NCBI GenBank assembly: GCA_900291995.1
Contig: OLMU01004942.1
Location: forward strand, 1 to 35,164
Direction: 5' to 3'
Length of the DNA stretch: 35,164 bases
Source of the DNA: Licmophora abbreviata
Lineage: Eukaryota
Position 1 is the first letter of the stretch, and every line of letters begins with the position of its first letter. The position numbers were made by a program, and so were the translations under genes. Below are positions 1-10,400 of this stretch, piece by piece. The notes under the pieces are model-generated. The model did not search any database. It saw only the letters and a program-made list of their open reading frames with translations, and had not been told where the DNA came from.

Positions 1-465
1 TAAAGAAGCTTACACTTCCTCACCGTCATTCGGTCGACGCGACAGTCGTACGATCTACTGAGCTTTTACGAGAACCCCATACGCGTACTGGTACCAGGTA
101 ACGGTAGCCGGCCCAGATGGTACCGGGTACCTGAACGCAAAACAATCATTGCAATAATGAGTCTATGTGCTCACACTTCAATAAAGCAATGTGCGTTGCA
201 AGCAATACACAACTCTGATCTAGGTGCTTGAAAATGAAACCTGCGGCTGAGCGCCAAAAGTGGACCTCAGTCCCAGGAACGGATCCTCATCGAAGCACTT
301 CTTTTAGCTGTCAATCTGTTGCGCTCCATTCTCTTAGGGTTGGGGATAAGCTACGTATAGTTAGTACTACAAGCTACGGGGGGAGCATTTCGAAGCCGCC
401 ATTATGATCGAGTACTTAGTACTATACTTGGATGTATGATACGAGCACAACAGTAATCGGTTCCG

Positions 466-490
466 ACTCGACTCCGTGACTCGACTCGAC
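466..490. repeat. Short (GACTC)n-type pentamer repeat, intergenic
   Basis: gactcgactccgtgactcgactcgac about 150 bp upstream of the 635 ATG. Confidence 0.55.
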
Positions 491-634
491 ACAAGAAACA
501 AGAGTGTGTGCTCTGGGCATTTTCAATTTTTACTTGGTACATTGAACATGGATTCTAGAGAGCCTTCGAATTTCGTTGTCATTGACAATACTAGTAGAGA
601 AAAGTAGAATGCTCTCTCTGTTCTAGAAGATACA

Positions 635-1507
635 ATGACCATCTTGCTCAAGAATGATGATGATGAGTCTTCGTCGCTGCCTGCCACGAATGATCAAATA
701 CTACAAGAAGGACCAATACTCGTATCAACAGAATCAGCGGCACTCTCACCCGCCGCCGACGTGACTGACAATGATGTAGTACCACCACCACCACAGGCAC
801 CACCTCTCTCCGCCTCCTCGCTATCCTACGAAGACTTGAGAAGAAGGCACTGGAAGGAATCCACATATGCGGTTGGACTTACGGACGTTTCATGGAAGGA
901 TGGACGACGTCGCAACACGAATGTGGCTTGTCAAATTCGTCTGTCCAATATATGCTGTGGATTGTTGAGAGCAGGTCGAGTGGGAAATATGGCAGTCTTG
1001 TTGAAATCGACAAGCACAAGACACAAGGAGGGTGCTGGTGATTTCATCATCATTACGGGCCCCTACTGGTCCATGATGCTGGGTGTCACGCTTCCAATTA
1101 TTCTCATCCTTTCGGTCCTCACGGCAATCCTCAAGTTGGTCGACATGCCTTTTTGGGTATCCATTGTCTGGGCCGTTCTTACATCCCTACTACTTCTTTC
1201 GCTCTGTATGGTCTCCTGTCGGGATCCAGGAATACTCAAGAGACATGCCGAGGCTCCTGAGAATCATGCGTCGTCCTCCTCCAACAACAACACCAATTGG
1301 AGGTGGAACGATCAGGCGCGTACCTTTCGACCACCCAAGGCCAAGTATGATCCCGAGTGTGCAGTTGTCATTGAAGAATTTGATCATACGTGTCCCTGGA
1401 CTGGTACAGCCATTGGAAAACGAAACATGCCGGCATTTCGATGCTTCCTCGTTTCCTTCTTGGTGACGCTTGTCTTTGACTTGGCATTGCTGGTCGGGCC
1501 CTTCTAG
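635..1507 (+). CDS. DHHC-family palmitoyltransferase-like protein, DHTC variant (paralog 1), intronless
   Basis: 290-aa ORF: two TM helices, DPG motif (CRDPGIL), then RPPKAKYDPECAVVIEEFDHTCPWTGTAIGKRN aligning to the DHHC-CRD consensus (..FDHHCPWxxxxIGxRN), then one final TM helix. Confidence 0.85.
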   Translation: MTILLKNDDDESSSLPATNDQILQEGPILVSTESAALSPAADVTDNDVVPPPPQAPPLSASSLSYEDLRRRHWKESTYAVGLTDVSWKDGRRRNTNVACQIRLSNICCGLLRAGRVGNMAVLLKSTSTRHKEGAGDFIIITGPYWSMMLGVTLPIILILSVLTAILKLVDMPFWVSIVWAVLTSLLLLSLCMVSCRDPGILKRHAEAPENHASSSSNNNTNWRWNDQARTFRPPKAKYDPECAVVIEEFDHTCPWTGTAIGKRNMPAFRCFLVSFLVTLVFDLALLVGPF

Positions 1508-1586
1508 CTACTCTATGATATTAACCAAGCTCTCTCTATCTAGAAAGTAAAGGAAAAGTGACAGCAGCTTTACTAGAAGAAGACCA

Positions 1587-3017
1587 TCACTTCTTGTTGT
1601 CGTTGTTGGCCGCCTCGTAGATTCCCTGGATCAGAGCCGGTACAAACAAAGAGGACGGGTGGTCCACAAGAAGGACCCTCTGTGCAAAGGCCAGAGCCGT
1701 CAGTTTCTCTTGAACTCGTTGTCGCGCTGCGTCGTCGTCGTCGTTGTACGTTCGAAGAATGTCATTCAACTGCTTTGCCGGATTGGAAAGAAAGTCTTCT
1801 TCTCGAACGAAAATGCAAAAGTCGTTCATATCCAGCAAGAGCGGTGGCGCATACTGTGGATAGTAGTCACTCACAACAACCGGAATGCACCCCACCCGGA
1901 CGGCCGTCAAGAGCGAGTGAGAATGAGGTGTGTCGCCTCGAATGACGAGACAAAACTTGGAGTGCGTCAAGTCTTGTAACCAGGATGCATGGTCCAAGTC
2001 AAAACCAATACTGAAGACGCTGCCGTTGCTACTACTAGTACTCCTAGCACTTTGTTGTTGGTGTTGTCCTTTCAGCTGGTCCACTACTTTCAGTGGCGCG
2101 TGTCGGTATTGGGTAGAATTGAACCTGGATCCGGATCGTCGCGTGCGATAAAAGAACAAGAGGGGCGACTCACGACTGAACTTTCGATAGGTCGCAGGAA
2201 GAAAGGGCACAGACGGTTCGGGGGGCAATCCAATCGACATGGTTTTGGTTGTATCTCGCGGTTGATTTGCAAAGAGTGGATGAAAGTCATGTCCGTGACA
2301 TGCGCCCCGTTCGGCAAACTCTCGACAGAGGTTCGGGTCGTAGCTTCGTACAATGGTAACATTCTTGAGTCGATCGAACCACTGTGAGAATGCTGTGTTC
2401 CGAAAGTGATCAACAATGGCCAGAATAGCATGTCGGTGGCCGTACTGATGATGATGATGATGATGAAAGTTGGGATCGGCAAGCAAGGCTGTAAAGGCCT
2501 TGTCGTAATACCGGTACGAGGATTCTTGTTGTTGATTTTGTTGTAGTAGTAGGAGCTGACCAATGGGCGTGGGGATAATGAATACGTCTGCAAGTTGCGG
2601 ATCTATCGTTCGCATGTCGTGCCGTCGCAATTCGATATGAATCGCCGTTTCGAACTCAATCTCACGCCAATAGGCCCTTTCAAGCTCAGAATTAGTAGTA
2701 GTAGTATGTTGTAATGTTGTTGTACTGGCAGTAGCATGAAGGAGTACCGACTCTTGTGTCATGGCAGTGTCGTTGTAGTAATAATAGCGAAGCCGTCGTC
2801 GATGTTTCAAAATAGGGTGCGTGATGCTGTCGTCGTCGGTGTTGTCCTGATGGACGAGTGCAGTACTATTAGTAGCAACCCCGCTACTCCAGTTCAAGCC
2901 GCCGTCTACGCGTATCATTCTTTTCACACGACCAAGAATGACAGCTTGAATGATGATACTTATGGTCACTACAAGGAGAACTCTCACACATCGGGTCCGG
3001 AACTTGCTGCATGCCAT
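1587..3017 (-). CDS. Exostosin-like glycosyltransferase (GT47), type II membrane protein
   Basis: First ATG at 3017 (MACSKF). N-terminal TM anchor (VLLVVTISIIIQAVILG), RTIDPQLADVFIIP and SKFCLVIRGDTPHSHSLLTAVRVGCIPVVVSD motifs typical of exostosin/GT47. Confidence 0.88.
   Translation of the reverse strand: MACSKFRTRCVRVLLVVTISIIIQAVILGRVKRMIRVDGGLNWSSGVATNSTALVHQDNTDDDSITHPILKHRRRLRYYYYNDTAMTQESVLLHATASTTTLQHTTTTNSELERAYWREIEFETAIHIELRRHDMRTIDPQLADVFIIPTPIGQLLLLQQNQQQESSYRYYDKAFTALLADPNFHHHHHHQYGHRHAILAIVDHFRNTAFSQWFDRLKNVTIVRSYDPNLCREFAERGACHGHDFHPLFANQPRDTTKTMSIGLPPEPSVPFLPATYRKFSRESPLLFFYRTRRSGSRFNSTQYRHAPLKVVDQLKGQHQQQSARSTSSSNGSVFSIGFDLDHASWLQDLTHSKFCLVIRGDTPHSHSLLTAVRVGCIPVVVSDYYPQYAPPLLLDMNDFCIFVREEDFLSNPAKQLNDILRTYNDDDDAARQRVQEKLTALAFAQRVLLVDHPSSLFVPALIQGIYEAANNDNKK
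2448..2465 (-). repeat. (CAT)6 microsatellite encoding His6 in GT47
   Basis: atg x6 on the + strand; NFHHHHHHQY in the protein. Confidence 0.85.
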
Positions 3018-3480
3018 CGTATTATAGAACAGAGTCACGAACACCCCTCGGCGGGCAGCGGTAACTTGAATGAAAGATACGCGGCGTTAATTTGTCATAC
3101 CGCTCCCTCCATCCTATCATCCAAAAGGGGGCAACGACGGGTGCCTTCCTCTCATTAGACCACCGATATATACCGGTATCCCCACCGACATCGATGGCCG
3201 ATGGCACACATTCCTTTCTTTGTGTTTTGGTATCCTCGCATCTCTTGCGCGTATAATAGGGAAGGGGATAAACGGCGCGCGAAAATTCATCACTTTTACT
3301 TTTCGCGTGTTGCTTTTACACCGTACCGCACCAGTTACCAGGTATCGTACTCGTAGTCGTCAAACAGCAAGACCACAACAGCACAAGAGAAAGAGGGTGT
3401 ATGTTGCAAACGCCGGAAACACATTGCCTGTGAAATTGAGCGCATGGGAGGAGAGTAAAGCACCAGCAAAACATAAAATC

Positions 3481-4555
3481 ATGTCCCAACGCCGCAATAC
3501 CAGCACTTCCGGTCGCTCCGACCATCATCCGCACCACAAGGCCGAACTGGTTCCTGTCCAAGAACCTCTGGCGCTGGACCAAGGAGTCGCCCCGTCCCTT
3601 ACTACTACAACTACGAATCATCCTTCTGCTTCCCCAACCACCACTACTACCTCACCACTTTCGATTGACGATCGCTACGAAACGGAACGACAGAATTCCA
3701 AACGCCAACATTGGAAGGATTCACCCTTTGCCGTGGGTCTAGTCGCCCCCACATGGGAAGAAGAGGGCAATGACGACAGTGAAACAATCTGCTATTGCAT
3801 CAATCCTTCCTCTTGCCAAGACGATGATATTGATTCGTCCAGTTGCATGTGCTGTTCGGGATGGGTCTGTGGCAGACTCGGGGCAGGCCGGGTGGGAAAC
3901 ATGGCAGTATTGTCGCAGAGCATCGAGTGGGTGGAACAGGTCGAGCAAGACGAAGAGACGGGAGAGGAACTTGTACACAAAGTCCAACGCCCCCGACTGC
4001 ATTACGTCGTCGGGCCCTACTGGCCCATGCTCATTTGCATCACGTACCCGTTGATTCTTGGAGTCTCCCTTTTGACTCTCTGGAAGGGTGTTCCCGGAAA
4101 ACACCCCGCGCTTGTCTTCTTTTGGGCACTCTGTACTGGTGGACTCATTTACGCCCTCTTCAAAACGAGCTTTTCTGATCCTGGTATCTTGTATCGTCAT
4201 GCGAGTCCCCCGCCACAAGATGAGAATTCGTGGCGGTGGAGCGATCAGGCGCAGTCCTATCGACCGCGGGGAGCCTTCTACGATAGTGATTGTGCCGTCG
4301 TTGTGGAAGACTTTGATCATACGTGAGTAGTGTGTGTATGAGTATGTTTGTGCATTTTTTGTTTGTGTTTTTAGCGATAGCAACACTGTGGTACTCCTCT
4401 GATCTGACGAGTTGTGCCATCGTTGTGGTATACACAGATGTCCGTGGACTGGGACTGCCATTGGCAAAGGCAACATGCCCTACTTTCAAATGTTTGTTTC
4501 GCTCGTTTTCTTTTGCTTAATTTTCGATATTTTGCTCTTGACGAAAGCTCTCTGA
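3481..4555 (+). CDS. DHHC-family palmitoyltransferase-like protein, DHTC variant (paralog 2), 2 exons
   Basis: Exons 3481-4322 and 4438-4555; intron 4323-4437 (GTGAGT..CACAG) splits the Thr codon of DHTC. Splicing restores FDHTCPWTGTAIGKGNMPYFQMFVSLVFFCLIFDILLLTKAL*. Shares HWKxSxxAVGL, AGRVGNMAVL, GPYWxM and DPGIL with paralog 1. Confidence 0.87.
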
Positions 4556-4781
4556 GGAATGATATCAGGACGATCAGGATGAGGAATGGAGAGTGATGCG
4601 AGGTGTGATTGTGTTGACGACGAATAAACCTGTGGCATACAACATACAACGAGACACAAGATTTGTGCTACCTGTATGTGGAAGCGAACAACACTGAATG
4701 GCGTCGCCACAAATTGATATTGCTCTTATTAGTTTTAAAAAAGAAGAAAGAGTACTCCTAGAGCCGCATTGACGCTTTGCT

Positions 4782-5428
4782 TTAAGAAGGCGTGTAGTGA
4801 AACCAATGATTCGCTACCCATTTCGTTTTGTTGGCGGGCAATCCTGCATGCAGTGCTTGCCAGTCCATAGTCCCATCTTTGTCGTCGCCAAGATAACTGT
4901 AAAAGGCAATGGCGTCTCCCTTTTGAATCGGTACAGTATTATTATTGTCGTTCACTTCAATCTTGCTCGCCGTTGTCACGGTGGTGGTGGACAAGAGAAG
5001 GCCGTCGCGACCGGGAACGCATCCTTTGGCTCGTTCCAATGCTTGGGATCTGTCAACAATAGGTCGCGAAATCACTTCTCTTCCTTGCTCCTCTTTCGCT
5101 TGACTTACTACCTTTGCCAATGGAAACCACGTTTCTCCTGAATCACTGAGATAGTACAGGAGAGTCAGGAGTCGATTGTTGCCGTCATGATGCAAGACAT
5201 ATTCGCCCCCCGGTTCATAGTGTACGACTTGCATGTCTTCGACGCCTTGTGGTTGTATGTGCGACGCTGACACATCGACTGGAGGGATCAGCATGGCCCA
5301 CGCTGCGTGAGCGAGACGACCGGGGAGTCCGTGAAGTTGGTCGTTGGACAACCACCCCACGAAGGAATTTCGTCGTTTCGTAGCATCGTTGGATCCCAAC
5401 GCCGTTCGGGCAGGTTTCATTCTGGTCC

Positions 5429-5459
<31 letters not shown>

Positions 5460-5930
5460 CATTTCCGAAACAATAAAATCGCATTCCTCCGTTGTTAGAA
5501 AGTTGTGCAAGACAAAGATGGGTGGCCTCAAGGATACCCGCTCAATGGTGATGTTTTGAGTGTGTGTTGGACGTTTTGTCGAAGAAGGAGTTCTAATGTT
5601 GTGTCGATATGCCAAAACGGACGCGTGTAGTGGTAGCTGCTCAAGCACGGATGGAACTCCTAGCGTCTTGAGTTCATTTTGCGTGCTGTTCCATGCGCTG
5701 GTCGGATCATCCGGTTGACGACCCCCTAAAGACGGCTGGTTCGGCATGGCATCAGTCGCTGTGCGTTCTCCGGCTGATGACAGTTCTACTGTTGCTCTAT
5801 GCTGCCATCGTCCGATGATACGAGAGATGGAGAACCCATCCGATGACGCAAGGCAAATGAGTAGAAGGAAAAGTCGATTCGGAGTTCTTGTCGAGAGTCG
5901 CATCATCGGCGAAGCGGGCGCTGCCATCAT
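4782..5930 (-). CDS. P4H: Prolyl 4-hydroxylase alpha-like 2OG-Fe(II) oxygenase with N-terminal targeting sequence
   Basis: SLRPPIFVLHNFLTTEECDFI, EDMQVVHYEPGGEYVLHHDG (HxD), RLLTLLYYLSD-GETWFP, KGDAIAFYS, LHAGLP..KWVANHW (distal His + Lys). Hydrophobic signal LFLLLICLASSDG/FSI. First ATG at 5930. Confidence 0.85.
5430..5456 (-). repeat. (CAA)9 microsatellite encoding polyQ in the P4H-like protein
   Basis: Perfect ttg x9 on the + strand. Confidence 0.95.
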
Positions 5931-6239
5931 GGTCGCGACCACAAAAGATGGATTCGCGTTTGGAATTTGGATCTTTGTGTTTCAAAGATGAAGTCGTTGT
6001 TGAAGTTGAAGTCGAGTCGAAGGATTCGTTATTTTTCCACAATTCTACGCATTGCGTCCGTAGAAAGGATACCGCTCGTGACATCAGCATGATTTAACGT
6101 CTCAAAAAGGTCATTCACAATGTCTTTTTCGATCCAGTGGCATTGTTCCTACCCCTGGTTCCAGCACCACAGAGCACCGCCTTGGACCGTTGGAGTGCAT
6201 CGACAATCATCCTCCGTCACGAACGAGACGACCGCGACC

Positions 6240-7385
6240 ATGAGAACGACGATGAGCCGTCTCGGACTGCTGCTAGTAGCGTCTCTGGTCTGCTATGATG
6301 TACAGGGCGCGAACGCAAAGTCGATTCGCCGCTTGGATGACGACCCGTCGCCCGTGGGATCACCGCCTGTTCAGGCACCCGTGGCTGCAGCGATTCCAAC
6401 GGCAGGCGGTGGCGCTGCTCCCACGGCGGTAACTGATCCCCCCACGGCGATAACTGAGCCTCCCACGCCGCGTACTACGGAGCCCCCCACGCCAAGCACT
6501 ACTTCACCCCCGACGAGCGCTGCTGCGGGGCCCACTGCATCCGATGTCGGCGAAGCTCCTACACCGGCTCCCGTGGCAGCAGCTGTCCCCACACAGCCAC
6601 CTAATGCCACGACGGAAGTGCCCACGGCTGTGTCATCGCCCACTGCCGTTGCCTTGTCGCCCACTGCTACGGTGTTATCGCCCACTGCTACTGTCTCGTC
6701 GCCCACTGCTGTTGCCTCGTCGCCCACTGCTGCGGCGCCGACCAATGCATCCGGAGAACCGCCGGCACCGACTAGTAGCGCAGGAGGATCTCCTTTCCCT
6801 ACCCCTGTGCCGCGCCACAAGTCGCCAGCACCAACGTTCACTGAGGACGGCAGTGACGCCACAGATACGACCGACTATTCCGACTACACCTTGAACCCTC
6901 CCACAGACCAGCCCATCCAGTACGTACCGCCTGACGATGATCCCGTCAAGGATGAGCCAGGCTACGAAGATGGAGACGGCGAAGGATTTACATGGAATGA
7001 AGGAGAGTCACCCGAAGAAATGCTACATGATCCAAATGTCGTGATTGCTGTCGGTGTCGTGTGTGGCGTGGCCCTGCTCTTGATGATTTTCACGGCACAG
7101 CAAATGTTGGAGAATCCGGATGGATTTTGTGCTGGGTAAGACAGAGGTGTTCATGGTGTGTGAATTCTTGTGGTCTTTGGAGCCTTTACTGATAACAACT
7201 TGTCGTCATTTTATTATTCCTTCTGCCTTCACAGCTTGTGCCGTCTATTTGTCAGCTGTACCTGCTGTATTTTCCGCAGCGTCTGTCCCTGTCTGGCATG
7301 CTGCTGCGGAAATAAGCGATCGAGAAATCATATCCCAGTCGCCAATGGAAATGACCACTACACGCACGACTTGGAGCTTACGTAG
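6240..7385 (+). CDS. Type I membrane, Pro/Thr/Ala/Ser-rich (mucin/AGP-like) protein with RRL motif and Cys-rich cytoplasmic tail, 2 exons
   Basis: Signal peptide (LGLLLVASLVCYDVQG), KSIRRL, PTA-rich repeats, acidic juxtamembrane region, TM (VVIAVGVVCGVALLLMIFTA). Exons 6240-7135 and 7235-7385 (intron GTAAGA..CACAG) give tail FCAGLCRLFVSCTCCIFRSVCPCLACCCGNKRSRNHIPVANGNDHYTHDLELT*. Confidence 0.82.
6633..6737 (+). repeat. 5 x 21-bp coding tandem repeat, heptapeptide (S/L)SPTAxx
   Basis: Units tcatcgcccactgccgttgcc / ttgtcgcccactgctacggtg / ttatcgcccactgctactgtc / tcgtcgcccactgctgttgcc / tcgtcgcccactgctgcggcg. Confidence 0.9.
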
Positions 7386-7485
7386 AGCGAAATTCAGAAT
7401 GCGACGCGCGGTATTGTAGAAAGGTACTCTCTATCCGGAGTTAATCCGACGATGATATTTAGCGTTCTATACAAGATGCGTTATA

Positions 7486-10400
7486 CTAGTATGCCGATCG
7501 ATCGAATCCTCCACTGAAACTGCTTCGTCGACGAGCCGGCACACGCGTTGGACCAACCGAGTCATGAGGAGATGACATGCGCCGTACTGGTCGTTCTCGG
7601 CGTCGTCTTTCACTTCCGCTTCCCCGCTTCTCGGGCTTCGAAGCTTGACCAGACGCTTCTCGAGATTTGGTGTTCTTGGATGTCGATCGATTCGCTCGTT
7701 CACTGTAACTACTCAGCCTCTTCTCGGGATCCGGCTTTGATCGTTGCGTGCCTTTGGATCTAGTAGAATCTCCCCGTCCGACATCCCCACTCAGCCTTCG
7801 CTCCGGCTTTTTGTATGGCGTCCGCTCTCCACTAGCCCGGCGGTTCGGCTGCTCGCCCTTACTTGGCCTAGACCTCGCAACACGCTCGGAATGGATCGGT
7901 ATGGCCGCAGTGACGGCTGGGGGGCGAAGCATCTTGTGGTACTCTTGAAAGCGCTTGCCGGATTTGACACGCCGAAGGGATGCCTTACTTGGCAAGCGAA
8001 GGTTGCCCTGGTAGTCTAGGAGGTTGGCTCGAATCGCAATCGCACGTCGGCGCGATAGAAACAACAGCGGATGATTCACGACGACATCCAGAATCTGCTT
8101 GGCTGACTCTCGTATCTCTTCGTCGCTCTCCGCGCCCTTACTGGTCGCGTACGTTGTCAACCGAATCAGTTTTGCAACACCATCCAAAGCAAACGACAAA
8201 ATGGTGACAGGCTGTGAGGGGCATCAAGAGTGAAAGTAAGTGGTCAGGGTATACACAAAGCAGAGTCTCGTAGCACTATCTTACGCAACCACTCACGCCA
8301 TGTAGAACTAGATTCTTGAGTAAATGCAGACCAAGGAGTTTGTGCCTGGTTGTACATCCCTTGAAATCGTCGAATCTTGACCAAACCACTGCCATCGTTT
8401 GCGGAAGTACAACCTTACAATCGTGGCAGTCCGATATGACAGAGGTAAGTGCTTGTGACATATTCCCATCAAACGGCTGAGATGAGGTCAATGCCATGGC
8501 TCGTGCCCGAGCCTTCTCACTTCGCTCCACCGATGCATGCATCGGACTTGAGAATGCACTCTTTGAGATAACCCGTCGAATGTTAGCAAATGTAAACTTG
8601 ATGCGTTTCAAACGAAGATGCTTCTCGCATACCGAAAACAACGACATGTGCCGCGCCATCTGCAAACTCGCCCTCCTTTGGTACTCGGCGAGTCGTAACT
8701 GGAGGTGCTGTTCGAGCATGGCAGTTCCGCTGAACTGGATGTAGAGCAAGAACATCGGTGTTTGCTCTTTCAGACCTTGTTCTTTTCTTTTTGATTTGAT
8801 ATACTTTCGGCGATCGAGCAAAAATGTACCATCCCGTGGATCTTCTGAGAGCAGCTCTCCAAGGTCCCCGTGTGTCGTTAGGAAGAATGCGGTCAGAGCC
8901 GCCCGGACCCCCTCTTCCCCGCGCTCGTTATCACATAGACCGCTCGTTGACGCCCACTCGTCGTCTGCTTCCAGATTCTTTGGAACCTCCCCGCCCCCTC
9001 GCTTGCCATTTGGTTTGTCGTACTCACAGTAAAATTGCTTCATGTCGTCTTCTCGGGCTGCAGGCCGATCGTTTTCGTCCTCGCGGAGACTATCACCTCT
9101 CATTACCTTTCCGAATAGCGAGGCAATATCATGTCCACTCTTAGTCGTAAAACCTCCCTCAGAGGCATTCTTTGCTTTCTTCCCAAACAGCCCTGTCTTC
9201 TTACTGGCACCGTGGCTCTCACTTCCCACCGGACGGGTGACGTGCCGCGACGAAGGCATATCCTCAAGGGAAGTAGCTTTGCCATCAGTTCCCTCACCAA
9301 AGATGCGTTTTTCCACCTTTAGAATTTGATCGATATCGTTCTGAAGTATCTCGGCGGGGGTGGCCTGTTTGGAGTTCCCCAGTGGCTGCGCAAGCATGTC
9401 TGGTATGACTTTTACCGGGTTGGCCATTTCGAACGTACGCAACAAATTCCTGTCGATATGGACACATAGCACGTCCTTGAGTCGCATTAGTCTCTCGACT
9501 TCACTCAAATGTTGTTCCAATACACCAATCAGGTACGGGGATCCTGCAATCAGGTACTTGAGCAAATGAGGCGGTAGCACTGGGATGAATATATTTTGCC
9601 ATTGAAGCATGCCTTGCGCCAGCACAGCGGAAGCCCCACGGACACACGCCGACAACCGAGCGGCACTCTTTGAAACGAGGATGACTCGTCGCTCGCAAAG
9701 GAGGGCGGATATGAGTCGCAACGTATGCACAGCTCCCAAACACCGAATCAGTGGGAGGATCGGAGCCTCGTAGTCATCAGGGCTGAGGCCCATTTGAAAT
9801 CCCACTTGTAGCGACGGTGGTAGCTGGTACTTGACAAAATCACCTGGGAGTACCCACCCTCTCGTTCGAGACCTATGGGTACTCGGACACTCCACCCCTG
9901 GTAATGAAAGAAAGGTGTCGCCTGCGGCGGCTTCGCGAGAAGGCCCGTCTTGAAGCCTGCACAGTTTATCCATGACATTGGCATACTGTTTGGCATGGCC
10001 CCGATGAAGTCCGTGAAGAAGCTGCATAGCCTTTTCTCTCGCATCGCCTTGTAATAATACTGCCACCAATGTTCTATCAAGAGAGTGAGAATACCGCAAT
10101 GTTGTTAGTTGCACAATTCACCAGAGGCGACACGCTGCAATAATAAAGGTCGTCATTGATCTACGTACTTCAGAATTGCTTCGAAGAACCGATCCCCACC
10201 CGGAGCTTGAGTCAGCAGAACCATGGCTCTCGCACCCCGTCTTCCGACGTCAGCCCTGGATTGTGCGTCGCGATGCGAGGGCAGATAACGAAGGACGTGC
10301 CCATTCAACTGGGTCCGATTATCGGACAGTTGCAACGAGAAAGTGTGTCGTTCAGAGGTGAACTCATTGTAATAAACGTCATATTGGTTTAGGCACATCG

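Noticed and set aside
8..29. Possible first micro-exon on the - strand (ATG ACG GTG AGG AAG T|GTAAGC) of a gene running off the window
   Set aside because: Only 16 coding nt and a donor-like site; cannot be supported without the adjacent sequence.
334..345. Telomere-like TTAGGGTTGGGG
   Set aside because: Single imperfect pair of units; expected by chance.
3220..3480. N-terminal extension of the 368-aa ORF from a non-ATG start
   Set aside because: Eukaryotic gene; the first ATG is 3481 and the upstream region looks like promoter/UTR. The same applies to non-ATG or far-upstream starts at 3044, 5942, 15454, 17541, 24382, 24714, 28826 and 34877.
6633..6737. Regularly spaced direct repeats as a CRISPR-like array
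   Set aside because: Contiguous in-frame 21-bp coding repeats without unique spacers, no cas genes, eukaryotic context.
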